Shown here: in pieces, positions 1-19,666 of the stretch
Position numbering within the stretch: the stretch's first letter is position 1
Layout: each line of letters opens with the position of its first letter
Assembly (NCBI RefSeq): GCF_009914755.1
Contig: NC_060929.1
From: the human T2T-CHM13v2.0 reference genome, Homo sapiens
Length of the DNA stretch: 64,000 nucleotides
Strand: one strand, 5' to 3'
The notes under the pieces: generated by a model
Databases searched by the model: none
The model's input: only the letters and a program-made list of their open reading frames with translations
What the model was told of the DNA's origin: nothing
Program-made: the position numbers and the translations under genes

Positions 1-296
1 GGCTGGTTGCCCTGAAGCCAGCATGCTGGACAAAAGCCCAAACTAGTCCACTTGGAAAAACCACATTAGGAGAGAAAGATGCCCGGCCATCCCCCAGCTG
101 CTTCAGTCCCCTGCTGTTTCACCTCCAGTAACAGTCTAACTACAACTGCATTAGAGACCTAGCCAGAACTGCCCAGCTGAGCACTTCCCAAACTCCTGAC
201 CCAGAGAAACCACGAGCAATAATAAAAATGATTGCTGTTGTGTTAAGCCACCAAGTTTTGGGGCAACTTATCACGAAGCAATAAAAAGCTGGACAT
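1..296 (+). mobile_element. MLT1-family (ERVL-MaLR) LTR, 3' part
   Basis: Typical MLT1 end: ctcctgacccagagaaacc...ttaagccaccaagttttgggg...gcaata. Confidence 0.75.
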
Positions 297-3200
297 GTCA
301 GCATTCCAGATAGTGAATAATGAATAATAACATGGATTGGGTTGAGGAGGATTGCTCAAGTAGGGAATTAAGGTATGGAAGTCATGCTGAATGTTCACTT
401 AATTCTCATTCAAGTTTCCACAGGGCTCTCAGTTTTCTTCAAATTCTCTTCAATGATATGGATCTAATATAAAATCCAAAGGAAAAAATCCATGATGCAT
501 GTGTGGTAAATCTAACTTAGGTCTACTAAAAAGAGTTAGCAGCAGCATTAAGTAGAGCTATGTTTCCAGTATTTGACCCTCCAAACTTACAGAGTCTTAG
601 CTTCTGTCTTATCTACTCTAATCTAGTAATAATATTATATATAGTAAGTTTAACACTTGATAATTTCCAAAGTGCTTTCACGTACCTGATTTCATATGAT
701 CTTATAAATAATCCTATGAAGTAGCAGAGCGTCATAGAGAAAAAAACTGAGTCTCAGAAAAGTTACAAAAATTGCTCAGGATTAAGGAACTAGGGGAAAA
801 AGTATTTAATTCAAGCAAGTAGAAGACTAGACCTGCTACCCTGATTTGGGAGCCAAGATCTAAGTATGTGTATGGAACACACATGATACATTATACTCTA
901 ATCACTGACCATGTGACACAGAGTCTGTGTGTGCCACTCTCTAAGGAACCAAGATTCAGGTGTATATTAAACATTATGCTCCTAAGTGTTACACTATTTT
1001 GCTTTTTAAATACCCTCTTCTGAAAATCTTGCATTTTTATTATACTCTGGATAATCACTAAAGACTATCCCAAGGACTAGTCTCAGGAGCCTTGTAATTT
1101 TTTAAATGTTAAACAAAGTAGGTGCTATTTCAAAGTCCTTTAAGGTTTGATTTAATGAATGCCAAGCATCTCAAATCCACAGGAAATTTTTTTAACACAA
1201 CACTGTTGGATATCTTCTGAAAAGGAAAGTTAACATATGCACCAAATGGAATTCTCATTTGGTGAGCTCCAAGATACTGCTTGTCAGACAGAGGAGGTTT
1301 CTTGCTGTTGCTGTTGTTTAGTGTGCCCAAACACTGAATATTATTTATACAAAAAAACAAGCTTTTAGAAATTCTATGCCCTGTTCTTTGCCACTAACCA
1401 TGCCTCCCCAACCATTGGAATAGTTCCATCTCCTTTTAACAACTTCCCATTAAACCTCATGAACCATATCCTGTACTTAATGGGCTGTTAATATTTTAAA
1501 GCTTCTGTAGTTCTACTGTAAATCCCTGGTCCCATTTGCAACATTGAAAAGATATACCAAAAAAATCGTCCCAGCCAATGATACAAAGAAACAATATAAC
1601 TTAAATTTTGACATTCAGCAATAACTTGTACTATTAACAATAGACTCAATCATAACGGTGTAACAGGCACAGTAACTATGACAGCTATATATCTGAAAAC
1701 ACTAAGTAGGGTTGGGAACATACAAACATTTAACTGGCTTCAAGCCACATACTTGTCACATTAGCCCAGCATAAGCCACAATACACTTGCTTAATCACTA
1801 ACATGGCACTTCAGTTCTTAAAAAATAAATACATAAAATTAAGGTAATATGCCAATAAAGTTTAACCTGATTATTTATTTCATCATAGGAAATTTACAGA
1901 AATAAAAAAATGAAGTAAACTAGTTAATTATCTCAAAAAAAGCAAACTAGAACTCTAAATACATTTTGTACAACCTTCCTTTTGGGGAGAAATTGAATAA
2001 ATAGTCCAAAGGATATCATTTCTTGTTTCTACTCCTGTTTTTATGCATGCATACAACCCTTTTAATAATTATTGCCAAGAATTAGAATGCTGTGACAGTC
2101 TTCATCTAAATTCAGAAAGAAACTTTAAAATAAAGTTTATAGGATTTCAAATGTCTTGATTATGCGATAAGAAAGAAAACAACACTACTCTCTGATTGAA
2201 ACAGACAGATATTTTCTGTCTATGGCCACCCAGTTTCTCTCCTGGTTACTCTTAATCTAACCCATCTCATCTGTGCTGTCAAACCATCACCTCTTTCCCA
2301 CTCCAACCCTCTGGCTACCTCTCCAGTCACTAGAGATTTAGAAGCAGAAAGCATCTTATCGTCCATCGGATAAGTACTCAGAAAATTCAGTCTTCACTGA
2401 TTCTGCCTTTAGAAAACACTAAATACATCTTTTAATGGCTAGGACGCTGTTTCATGGCTAGGACATGGTCATGATATGTCATTCTTTTTATACATTGCTG
2501 GATTCTATTTGCTAATATTTTGTTAAGAATGTTTGCATCTATGCTCATAAGAGATATTGGTCTGCATAAGACATTTCTTATAATGTCTCTGTCAGTTCAG
2601 GTATGAGGGAGATGCTGGCATCATAGGATGGGTTCAAAAGCATTCTGTCTGCTTCTATCTTCTGAGAGATTGTAGAGAATCAGTATAATTTCTTTTGTAA
2701 ATATTTTGCAGAATTCACCAGTGACTATCTGGGCCTAGTGCTTTCTGTTTGGGAAGATTATTAACTGTTGGTTCCATTTCTTTAATAGCTAAAAGGTCTA
2801 TTCAGATTGTCTATCTCTTCTTGTGTGAGTTTTAGCAGACTGTGTCTTTCAAGGAATTAGTACATTTCCTCTCTGTTATCAAATGTGAGAGCATAGAGTT
2901 GTTCATAGCATTCCATTATAACATTTTTAATGTTCACAGGATCTGTGGATGTTCCCTCTTTCATTTCTAGTATTAGTAATCTGCGTCTTTTTTTTCTTAG
3001 GCTGGGTAAAGGCTTATCAATTTTATCTTACCAAATTTTGGTTTTGTTGATTTTCTTTATTGACTTCCTGTTTTCAAATTTATTGATTTCTGCCCTAATT
3101 TTTATTATTCATTTTCTTCTGCTTACTTTGAGTTTAATTAGCCCTCCTTTATCTAGTTACCTAAAATGGAAGCTTAGGTTTTTTAAGTCTATTTCCCTTT

Positions 3201-3365
3201 CTAATATATGCAACCAATGTTATAAATTTCCCTCTATGCACTGCTTTTGCTGCCTCTCATAAATTTTGGTAAGTTATGTTTTCATTTCATTTAGTTCAAA
3301 GTATTTTTAATTTCTCTTCAGATTTTTCTTTTGACCCATGTGTTATTTAGAAGTATGTTGTTTAT

Positions 3366-3668
3366 GGCCAGGTGTGGTGGCTCACACCTGTAATCCCAGG
3401 ATTTTGGTAGGCCCAGGAGACCAGATTGCTTGAGCTCAGGAGTTCAAGGCCAGCCTGTGCAACATGGAGAAACCTCGACTCTACAAAAAAAAGAAAAATC
3501 AGCCAGGTGTGGTGGCACATGCTTGTAGTCCCAGCTACTTAGGAGGTTGAGGTGGGAGGATTGCTTGAGCCCAGGAAGCAGAGGATGCAGTGAGCTATGA
3601 TTTTGCCACTACACTCCAGCCTCAGTGACAGAGTAAGACCCTGTCTTAAAAAAAAAAAAAAAAAAAAA
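3366..3668 (+). mobile_element. Alu (AluJ-like)
   Basis: Dimeric Alu with poly-A; TSD approximately aagtatgttg(t/c)tta. Confidence 0.95.
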
Positions 3669-4213
3669 GTATGTTGCTTAATCTCCACATATTGTTTGGG
3701 GCTTTCCAGTTATCTTGCTGTGATTGATTTCTAGATTAATTCCATGTGGTTTGAGAACAGATATTGTATGATATCTATTCTTTTAAATTTGTTAAGATGT
3801 GTTTAATGGCCCAGAATGTGGTCTGTCTTGGTAGCTGTTCCATGTGAGCTTGAGAAGAATATATATTCTGCTGTTATTGGATAAAGTAGTCTACAGATAT
3901 CAATCATATCCAGCTGATTGACGGTGTTGTTGAGTTCAACTATGTCCTTACTGATTTTCCAGTTGCTGAATTTGTCCATTTCTGATAGAGGGGTGCTGAA
4001 GTCTTCAACTATAACAGTAGATTCATTTATTTCTCCCAACAGTTCTTTCAGTTTTTGCCTCCTATATTTTATTGATCTGTTGTTAGGCAAATATACATTA
4101 AAGATTGTTATGTCTCTTGCAGAACTGACTCCTTTATCATTACGTAATACCCTTCTTTATCCTTGATAACTTTCCTTGCTTTGCATTCTGCTCTATCAGA
4201 AATTAATACAGCT

Positions 4214-4480
4214 GGCCGGGTGCGGTGGCTCACGCCTGTAATCCCAACACTTTGGGAGGCCAAGGCAGGCAGATCACTTGAGGTCAGGAGTTCGAGACCG
4301 GCCTGGCCAACATGGCAAAACCTTATCTCTACTAAAAATAAAAAAAACTAGCTAGGCATGGCAGCACGTGCCTGTAATCCCAGCTACTCAGGAGGCTGAG
4401 GCAGGAGAATCGCTTGAGGTTGCAGTGAGCTGAGATTGCACCACTGCACTCCAGTCTGGATGACAGAGCGAGACTCTGTC
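4214..4480 (+). mobile_element. Alu (AluS-like) with a small right-arm deletion
   Basis: ggccgggtgcggtggctcacgcc...gagactctgtc. Confidence 0.95.
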
Positions 4481-4552
4481 AGAAAGAGAGAAAGAGAGAG
4501 AGAGAGAAAGAGAGATAAAGAGAGAAAGAGAGAGAGAGAAAGAAGAGAGAGC

Positions 4553-4612
<60 letters not shown>

Positions 4613-4647
4613 AAAAGAAAGAGAAAGAAAGAAAGAAAGAAAAAGAA
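4481..4647 (+). repeat. Compound (GA)n/(GAAA)n microsatellite derived from the Alu tail
   Basis: About 165 nt of nearly pure purine, including a long perfect GAAA run. Confidence 0.97.
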
Positions 4648-4738
4648 GCAAGCTAATTCTGCTTTGTTTTGCTTAGGACTGGCATCCATCCAATTACTTT
4701 TAATCTATATGTGTCTTTATATTTAAAGTGGATTTCTT

Positions 4739-5023
4739 GGCTGGGTGCGGTGGCTCATGCCTGTAATCCCAGCACTTGGGAGGCCGAGGTGGATGGATCG
4801 TCCGAGGTCAGGAGTTCGAGATCAGCCTGGCCAACATGGTGAAACCCCGTCTCCAATAAAAGTACAAAAATTAGCTGGGCGCGGTGGTGGGCGCCTGTAA
4901 TCCCATCTACTTGGGAGGCTGAGGCAGGAGAATTGTTGAACTCGGAAGGCAGAGGTTGCAGTGAGCCGAGATTGCACCACTGCACTCCAGCCTGAGCCAC
5001 AGAATGAGACTCTGTCTCAAGAA
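4739..5023 (+). mobile_element. Alu (AluS-like)
   Basis: Full Alu; TSD aaagtgga(t/c)ttctt. Confidence 0.95.
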
Positions 5024-5974
5024 AAAGTGGACTTCTTGTAGACAACATATAGTTTCATTGGGTCTTATTTTTCTTATTCACTCTAACAATCTCTGTCTTC
5101 CAATTGGTGCATTTGGAGCATTGATATTCACAATATTTATTAATACAGTTGGATTAATATCTACCGAATTTGTTGCTCTTGTTCTTTGTTCCTATTTTTG
5201 TTTTCCACTCTGCCTTTTGTGGTTTTTAACAGAGCATTGTGTATGATTCCACTTTCTCTCTTATTTTCGTGTATCAATTATGCTTCTTTTTTTTTCCTTT
5301 TTAAGTGGTTACTCTAGAGTTTGCAATATACATTTACAACTAATGCAAGTTCATTTTCAAATAAAACTATACTGCTTCATAGGTAGTGTAACTTATAATA
5401 ATGAAATAATCCTAATTCCTTCCTCCTTTCCCTTGTGATATTAGTCATTTATTTCATTTATACATGAGCATATATAGATACAGATACATACATATGATAC
5501 ATAAGCACACATAATCAAATTGTTGCTATTATCATTTTTAACAAACTGTTATCTGTCTGATAGATCAATAATAGTAAAATTGAAGTTTTAATTTTACCTT
5601 CACTAATTCCTTCAATGATGCTCTTCAATTATTTACATAGATCCAAGTTTCTCATCTATATTATTTTTCTTCTATCTTTTAACATTTCTTGCAAGGCAGA
5701 TCTATTGGTAATAAAATTTCCCAGTTTTTGTTCATCTGAGAAAGTCTTTATTTCCCCTTCACTTTTGAAGGATAATTTCACAGGGTACAGAATTCTAAGT
5801 TGGTGTTCTTTTCCTCAAACCTTTAAATGTTTCACTCCTCTCACTTCTTGCTTGCATAGTTTCTGTTGAGTAGTTAGATGTAGTTCCTACCTTTGTTCCT
5901 CTATAGGTAAGATTTTTTTTTCTCTGTCCTCTTTCAGAATTTTTTCTTCTTTTTAATTTTTAAACGTACATTTT

Positions 5975-6278
5975 AGTTTATTAGAGATAGGGTCTCACTC
6001 TGTGGTCCTGGCTGGCGTACAGTGTCATGATCATAGCTCACTGCAGCCTCAAATTCCTGAGCTCATGAGCTCAAGCAATCCTCCTACCTTTGCCTCCTGA
6101 ATAGCTGGGACTATAGGTACACACTACTGCATATGGCTTTTTCGTTTTTTGTGTTGTTGTAGAAACCAGGGTGTTGCTTTGTTGCCCAGGCTGGTCTCTA
6201 ACTCCTTGCTTCAAGCAAGCCTCTTGCATTGGCCTCTCAAAGTGTTGGAATTATAGGCATGAGCCACTGCAGCCAGCT
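5975..6278 (-). mobile_element. Alu (AluJ-like)
   Basis: Diverged antisense Alu. Confidence 0.9.
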
Positions 6279-7699
6279 AGGTTTTTTCTTATTCTGTGAT
6301 TTTCTGTAATTTAAAAGCGACATGCCTAGGAATAGGTTTTCTATGGTTTGGTGTCTGACATTAATTTAGATAAATTCTCGGTCATTATTGTTTCAAATAT
6401 TTCCATTCCTTTTTCTTTTTGCTTTCTGGTACTCTCATTGCACATGTATTACATCTTTGTAGTTTTCCCACAGCTCTTGGATGTTCTCTTCTTTTTCTTT
6501 TTCAGTCTTTGTTCTCTTAGTTTTTGAGATTTAGAGTCTTTTATTAATATATCCTCTAGCTCAGAAATTCTTTCCTCAGTCATGTCCAGTCTACTAATAA
6601 GCCCATCAAGGCATTCTTCATTTCCGTTACAGCGTTTTTGATCTCTAGCACTTTCTTTTCGGCTCTTTCTTAGAATTTCCATCTTTCTGCTTACAGTTCT
6701 CATCTGTGCTTGCATGCTGTTTACATTCTCCATTAACACTTTTAGCATATTAATCATAGTAGTAAATTCCATCTGATAATTCCACCATCTCAGCCATGTC
6801 TGCTTCTGATGCTTGCTCTGTCTCTTCAAACTGTGTTTTTTGCCTCTCAGTATGCCTTGTAATTTTTTCTTGACAGCCAGACATGATATACTGGGTAAAA
6901 GCAATAGCTGTAAATAGGCCTTTAGTAATGTGGTGATAAGGTGTGGGGAAAGGGGAAACATTCTATAGTCCTACAATTAGGTCTCAGCCTTTCAGTGCAC
7001 CTATGCCTCTGAACTCTTGAACAAATATTTTCTAGTCTTTTTTCTCCCCTTTTAGGTGGGACAGGATGACTAGAGTTGAGTATTTCCATTCTCCCAGATC
7101 AGTTAGGCTCTGATCAAACCCCACAGATTAGGCTCTGGTTAGCTAGTTTCTCCTGAGGTCAGACCTTATTAAAAAGAACAGAGTGCTCTGGCAAATTCCC
7201 AGATAGATCCCTTTCCCCTTCTGCTGCTGGGAACACAAGGGAGTTTTTCTCCAATATTTACTGTGAGAACCTAGTCAAGCTCCTACAGGTACAATTCTCA
7301 AGTGTGAGGGTCCATTTAAAACTAGGTCCTCCTGGAGTTTTTAACTCTTACACTTGTCCACACAGAGCCTCCAGAAATTTGTCAATTACAGGTCAGGTTT
7401 TCCTATCCCAGCACTGGTTTCCATGGAGGTTTCTGCTCTGATATGTTGTGATTCTCTGTATTTGTCTGTCACTCCAATTTTGGGAGACACTGTTTGTCCT
7501 GTGATCTCACTTCTCTTATAGATGTAAGAAGAGTTGTTGATTTTTCAGTTTGTTCAGATTTTTGTGTACTGTTAGGATAGAGTGGCAACTTCAAAGCTCC
7601 TTACCTGTAGAAACTGAAATTCTTTGATTTTCTCACTTTTTCCTTCTTCAATCCCTCCTTCTTTCTTTCCCTCCCTTACTGTCTCCACTACCACATGTC

Positions 7700-9725
7700 G
7701 TAACTCTCAATGATTTCAATACCAACTTAAATCATCCTAATACACTGGCCTCTCATTTATTTAACATTGTTATTTCCAGTGGTTGTTTCCTCCTTCTGCC
7801 TTAGCTATCTACTTCCGTAATCATATCCAAGACCTTGTCATTACTAATTTCAAGCATTGCACTCTCTACCATCGCTCATCTTCCAAGTTTACCACTTTTC
7901 ACTGTTCCTCACCGTCTTCACATAATTTTTTTCTCTCTTTACCTGGCTTACACTCCATGGTTAGTCATTCTTACCACCTTCTTGCATCTACTCCTATGTC
8001 TCTTTCTCTTCTCTCTCTCCAATGAACTCACTTGCGAAAACATATATCCTAGGGAAATCCAAATCTCTACCTATCCTGCACTTCTACCCAACCAGATGAA
8101 TGTGACTGAAGACAAAATATAACCATGCTGACTGATTTCACTTTAAAATCAACAAGTGACCTCAAGTAAGACCTTAGCAATACCCAACAATGCTACTACA
8201 TTTCACTAGGGACTTTCTCCTACTTTCATCAATGATTACTTCATACTTCTTCTCTCTCCTCAAATCTATAACATCACCTTCTTATTATTTACTCTCAGCT
8301 AATGACTGCTTTCTATTTCACTGAGAAAATAGAAACAACCAGAAGGAAACTTCCAGATGCTCACACACCAAATCTGACCAATTATATTTTGATGCACATA
8401 CTCCGCCCTCCTTGCTATCACAATGAATAAATGTCCAGGCTCCTATCCAAGGACACCCCCCCCCATATTTGGCGCTGGATCCCTTCCCTTTAAGTCTTCT
8501 TAAGGACACTGTTACTACTGTTTTCCCCCGTCTCTCCTACATCATCAATTTTGGTCTAGCTTTAATAATTCTCACTATCATACAATATATGATCCTAAAA
8601 AGCAAAACAAGATGAAATGAAAAAACTTCATGAACTCCATGGACTCTTCAGCCTGACTTCTATGGTCTGCTTTATGACAAAACCCATTGAATAAGTTGTG
8701 TATATGCAATGTCTTTACTTCCTTTTCTTCCTTTTTTTTTCATAAACCCATTCCAGTCAATCTTTCTGCTTACCCCTCTGTTAAAATAACTTTTCAAAGT
8801 CATCAATAGCTCCATCCCTCCTAATACAATAATGAATTTTAAGGCCTCATTTTACTCAAACTATCACAGTCATCTGATATAGATGATGATGCTTTCCTCC
8901 TTGAAACAATTTTTTCACTTGTCTTTCAGAGCAACACTTTCTCGTGATTCTCTTTCTATCTAACTAGCTGCTTTTTCTGTCTGCTTTCTTGATTTTCCCT
9001 CTTCTCTCTAATCTTTAAACACTGAAGGAATCCAGACTCCACCTTTGAAACACTTCTTTTCTGAACATACATTTACTTCCTGTATGATCTCATCTAGTCT
9101 AATGGCTTTGAATACTATCTATATAATTATGTCTCCCAAAATTTTAACTCCGTTTCTATCTTCCCTTCTGAAATCCAGGCTCATCAACAAGCATCTTAAA
9201 ATTAGCAAGATCATGATCAAGAATTCTCGATCTTCCCCTATAAACCTGTTCCTCCAGCATGTTTTCCCCTATCTTGTAAGAAGCAATTCCATTCAAATAA
9301 TTGGCGAGTCTAAAACTTTCACATTTTCATTTATTCCTCTTTCTCTCATACTCTTATACAATAAATTTTGAAAAATCTGTTGGCATTCTATTCCAAGTAC
9401 ATATTTAGAATGAGACAACTAGTTACCATGTAAAATAGCAAGAAAACAAGTTACCATGTAAAATAGCAAGACATCAAGTTACCACGTAAAAAAGTTACAT
9501 GTAAAATAGCAATTCCCACACACATATACAAATAATATAACTCTCTAGACTCCATTATCTTCATGGATTTATCACTACGTACCTTATTCCATATTTCTTT
9601 ATCTTTCTTTTCACCTGTGTCCCCTAGTAAAATGTAACCTCTTCAGAAGAGAACAAGAATCTTGTATGTTCACTCCTATATTTCAGTGCATAGAATGCAC
9701 AGAAAAAAAAGAGTGCCTGATACAA
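7700..9725 (+). mobile_element. Degenerate L2 LINE remnant
   Basis: Pyrimidine-rich L2-type motifs (ttcctccttgaaaca, tccttctgaaatccagg, aaatgaat end). Boundaries approximate. Confidence 0.65.
9420..9512 (+). repeat. Short tandem repeat, about 28-bp unit aagttaccatgtaaaatagcaag, 3-4 imperfect copies
   Basis: Seen directly. Confidence 0.85.
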
Positions 9726-9920
9726 ATGAATAACTTCATGAATATTATACTTTCTCCCAATATAAAATCAATGCTTAAGAATCTTTGCCCAAGTTGGCAA
9801 TGAAATCCAGAGATTATATACCAAATCCTGAAAAAACTCCAATAAACCATGACAAAATTTTAGTATTGTATATCATTAATGCATTAATGAATTAAGAAAA
9901 TATAATTCACTTAGTTTTTT

Positions 9921-15684
<5,764 letters not shown>

Positions 15685-16149
15685 ACTTAGTTTTTTATCA
15701 TATGCAATATAAGTTACATAAAAGGTTTGACCGCTATTAAAATCACATACTCTAGAAAGAAAAAACACAGTATTTGTAATTTCACAAAATTATTTCCAAC
15801 TTCATTTGATTGAATTCATCATATTCTTTCCTAAAAACACTTGTGCTTGAGAGAAAAGAAGACGGGCAATACTGAGAGCAGAGAAAATGTGGGAAAACAC
15901 ATCAAAAAGAAAAGTTGGGACTTCCAATGACAAACTTAACTCATGTCACAAATGCTCAAGTACCAGAACTTGCAGATAACCAACTACGCAACAAAAGTCA
16001 ATGTATTATGAAAAATAACATTTCTTCATGTATAAATTATTGTTAGATAGAAATTCAATCATGTTATACTTAACAGTTTACATTGAGCTACTCATAACTC
16101 AATCAGTTGAATAAATTATGGGTAAAAGTTACAGCCAACAAGAGTTAGC

Positions 16150-17150
16150 ATTCTTTCTTTAATTGGCAAGTAAAAATTATATATATTTATAACATACAGC
16201 TTGATGTTTTGATATATGTATACATTATGGAACAGCTAAATCAAAATAATATATGCATTACCTCAAATATTTATTTTCCTATGGAAAGAACACTTAAAAT
16301 CTACTCTCTTTTATACCATTGCAATTTTCAAGTATGCAATATATTAATATTATCATTAACTATAGCCACCATGATGTACAAGAGATCTCATGAATTTATT
16401 CCTCCAAATTGAAATTTTGTGTCCTATGATCAACATCTCCTAACCCCCACAACTTCTGGCAACCACCATTTTACTCTCTATTTCTATGACTTTGACTTTT
16501 TTATATATACTCTACATATAAGTGAGATCATGCAGTATTTGTCTTTCTATGCCTGGCTTCCTTAATACAATGTCCTCCGGGTTCATTCATGCCATCACAA
16601 ATGACAGGACTTCCTTTTCTTTTAGGAACTCATTCTGTCACCCAGGCTAGAGGGCAGTGGTGCAATCATAGCTCACTGCAGTCTTGAGCTCCTGAGGTCA
16701 AGCAATCCTCCTGCTTCAGGCTCCTGAGTAGCTGGGAGCACAGCCGCACACCACCACGCTCAGCTAATTTTTTGCATTTTTTGTAGAAACGGGTCTTGCC
16801 ATGTTTCCCAGGCTGGTCTTGAACTCATGGGCTCAAGTGATCCTCCCACCTCAGCCTCCCAAAGTGCTGAAATTACAGGTGTGAGCCACTGAGCCTGGCC
16901 TGCTTCTTTTTTAAGGGTAAATAGTGTTCTATTATGTGTATATATCATATTTTTAAAATCTATTTATCCATCGGTCAACAGTGAGTTTGATTTGCTGTGC
17001 TGCAGTGAACATGGGAGTGCACGTATCTCTTCAACATACTGATTTCATATCCTTTGGATATGTACCTAGCAGTGGGATTGCTGGAGCCTATGGCAGTTCT
17101 ATTTTTTATTATTTGAGGAACCTTCATACTGTTTTCCATAGTGCCTATAC
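16150..17150 (-). mobile_element. L1MA-like 3' end, interrupted by an Alu
   Basis: Antisense L1 3'UTR motifs (gtgagatcatgcagtatttgtctttc; ggatatgtacctagcagtgggattgctgga). Confidence 0.85.
16615..16899 (-). mobile_element. Alu (AluJ-like)
   Basis: Antisense Alu ending cctggcc. Confidence 0.92.
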
Positions 17151-17729
17151 AGCTTTCTTTCTCTTAATAAATTTTGAATAAAAAGTCTTTATTTAGAAGT
17201 GGAAAAGTTTAAGAGCCAAATTTCTATAAATGACTGTAATCCAATGGAATCCTATTATCTCCTTCATCAGCATTTTCCTCCTACTCCAGCTGTCTTCCAT
17301 TTTTGTGTCAATCCTTCCCCATAGTCTATCTGGTCCCTGTATGTCTCAAACCGGAGTATGAGTGACGTGGGAGTTTGATAGGTTGTCACAGGTAGGGAAA
17401 AACATAAGTTAAAACATGCTGCATCTTCTTGCTGATTCAACTTTATTCAAAGATAAGTGTATAAAGGGAAGGAGGAAGAGAGAAAAACAATTTAGTCACT
17501 GAAAACATTTATATTAAATAATATTATGTAGTAACATTTAAATATAGGTCTTTGAAAAATTATGCCTTTGTAAAAGGCTGACACAAACTAAACTTCTAGA
17601 GTGCTCTTTAGTTCCCTTTACTATATCCTTAAGTATAAAGAAGTAGGGAATTAGAAATGCCATACTATGTATCCCATGAAGTCTTCTACCAAGTCAATTA
17701 GTCCCACTACAGTACTAATGTTAATAATA

Positions 17730-17910
17730 GCTATCATTTATTGAGTCATAATTTAAACCAGGCACCATTCTAAGACATTTACATGAATTATTTCATCTTC
17801 ACAACCATTACCTAAGGTAGGTTATTATTATACTGTCCATTTTATGGGTAAAGAAATTTAAGTACAAAGTAAAGTAACTTGCCTCAATTTCACACAGTAA
17901 AGTGGCAAAA
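17730..17910 (-). mobile_element. MIR
   Basis: catttattgag...aggtaggttattatta...cattttat...aagtaactttgcc core. Confidence 0.7.
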
Positions 17911-18144
17911 TGCAAGAAAAGATCTTTAATGCTATAAATCCTTAATATGTGATATATCCTGGAAGAATATACATTTTTAAAATGAAAATGGGAATGTTAA
18001 ATACTAAAAGCCCTTAAAAACCAAGAAATTAAATTGTAATAGTAGAATGACTAAGACTAATGCAAAGTCTCACCTGTTCATAGTTAGTCCTCGGAAGAGA
18101 GGATTAGGATTACAGCATTATATAGAAGTACTTTTTTAGTGAAA

Positions 18145-18214
18145 ACACATACACACTTGCATACACACATACACACATGCACACAGGCACACAAACACAC
18201 ACACGCACACACAC
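18145..18214. repeat. Imperfect (CA)n; reads (UG)n in the ADAMTS6 pre-mRNA
   Basis: Seen directly. Confidence 0.95.
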
Positions 18215-19666
18215 AATACTTGACCAAATACACATGATTTGATACCAAAACAATGCCCTTTAAGTATTTCTAAAGCAGTAATCGTATTACTCTTACCTTG
18301 ACAGTGTATTATAAGCTATTTTCACATTCATAGGCACACATCACTGATAACATGTCACTACACAAAAAAATTTGGAGAAGATGGCATTTTGCATACATCT
18401 GCATTAGCAATAAAATGATCCATATAGGAAATATATGACAATTTGGTTATTAGAAAACTTTGGTCAAAAACAAAATGCTTATGCAAAATACATATTTGAT
18501 ATCAAATAACAACTAAAAACAAAATAAATGATGAAACTAAATTAAAAGTAATAATATAATTGAAAATTAGCAGTTGAAGTAATTGAAAACCATAACTAAT
18601 TCAAATAATACTGATACCAGAGTTTTTTAATCCAATTATTTGTAGTTGAAAATGTTAATATTACTTTACAATTCTCTAATTATATGCACTTCATTACTCT
18701 TTGCTATACTATTTAATCTTATGAATATCAAGATTTAGCAATCCTCTATAGCTTGCTTAATAGTTTGCTAACAAACAGTTCCAACCTACGTATCAAAAAT
18801 CAAAGTTCATGAAACTGCATTTACTTCTCTGTAACACCAAAGGAAGAACTTGTCTTTTTGATCAATTTCTAGCCTCTCAGAATGGCCTTATAAGACCTAG
18901 CAACAGGCCTCCATATCTTAAAGAATCACAGACTAAAACAGGCTCAGCGGGCCACCTTCTCACATGAAAATAGTTTCTGTAAAGGAACTCTGTGGTAAGC
19001 CTATGCTTTTCTAAATTTCTTTCCACTTTCAAGAAAGTGAATAAATGAAAACTTGGCATGATACCTACGCAAGATTGCAAACCTTAACATAAGCTGTCAA
19101 TCACAGTTTTCCCAGGCAATTTTCTTCAGTAGGACAGTGTAATACTCAGATTTTCCAAAAACATTTCTCATAACAAACATGGCAGGGATTTTTTAAGGAA
19201 AATTCTTTTAATAATATTGTAAACATCTAATTGTAAAAAGATTCAATATTTAAAATATGACTTAAAATATAAGCAATATTATTAATCACTCCCAACTGGC
19301 CAATTAAATTATATAATGCAGCATTCCTCTCTATCCCTGAAGAATGCTTTTATCTAATGTCTGCCATTTCAAATCCCATCAAAAATTGCACTTGTAACCT
19401 GATGCCATAATGTTAACGTCATTTTACAATAAAAATATATATCCTGTTCTTACACATTTAGAGCAATTAAATTAATAAAATATAATGTACATTAATAAAA
19501 TAAAATATACATGTTATATATTCACAGTGGTCACTGAAGATTGCTACTCTACTGGTGTTTTAGACTAAACTTACTCTGTCTCTAAACAATTATAATTTCC
19601 TTTTGCCCCCACTACACCAGAAATCTATTAACATAATTAAATCAACAGACATATACTAACTGCTAA

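Larger units (their letters stand above)
2465..7615 (-). mobile_element. Old L1M element (5'UTR, ORF1, ORF2 N-half) interrupted by four Alus
   Basis: Degenerate endonuclease peptide (3803-4090, DFSTPLSEMD...TDHILGH) and ORF1 coiled-coil peptide (6449-6961). Confidence 0.85.

Noticed and set aside
4384-4726. Low-complexity KER-rich and FLS-rich ORFs
   Set aside because: Translations of the GAAA microsatellite plus Alu.
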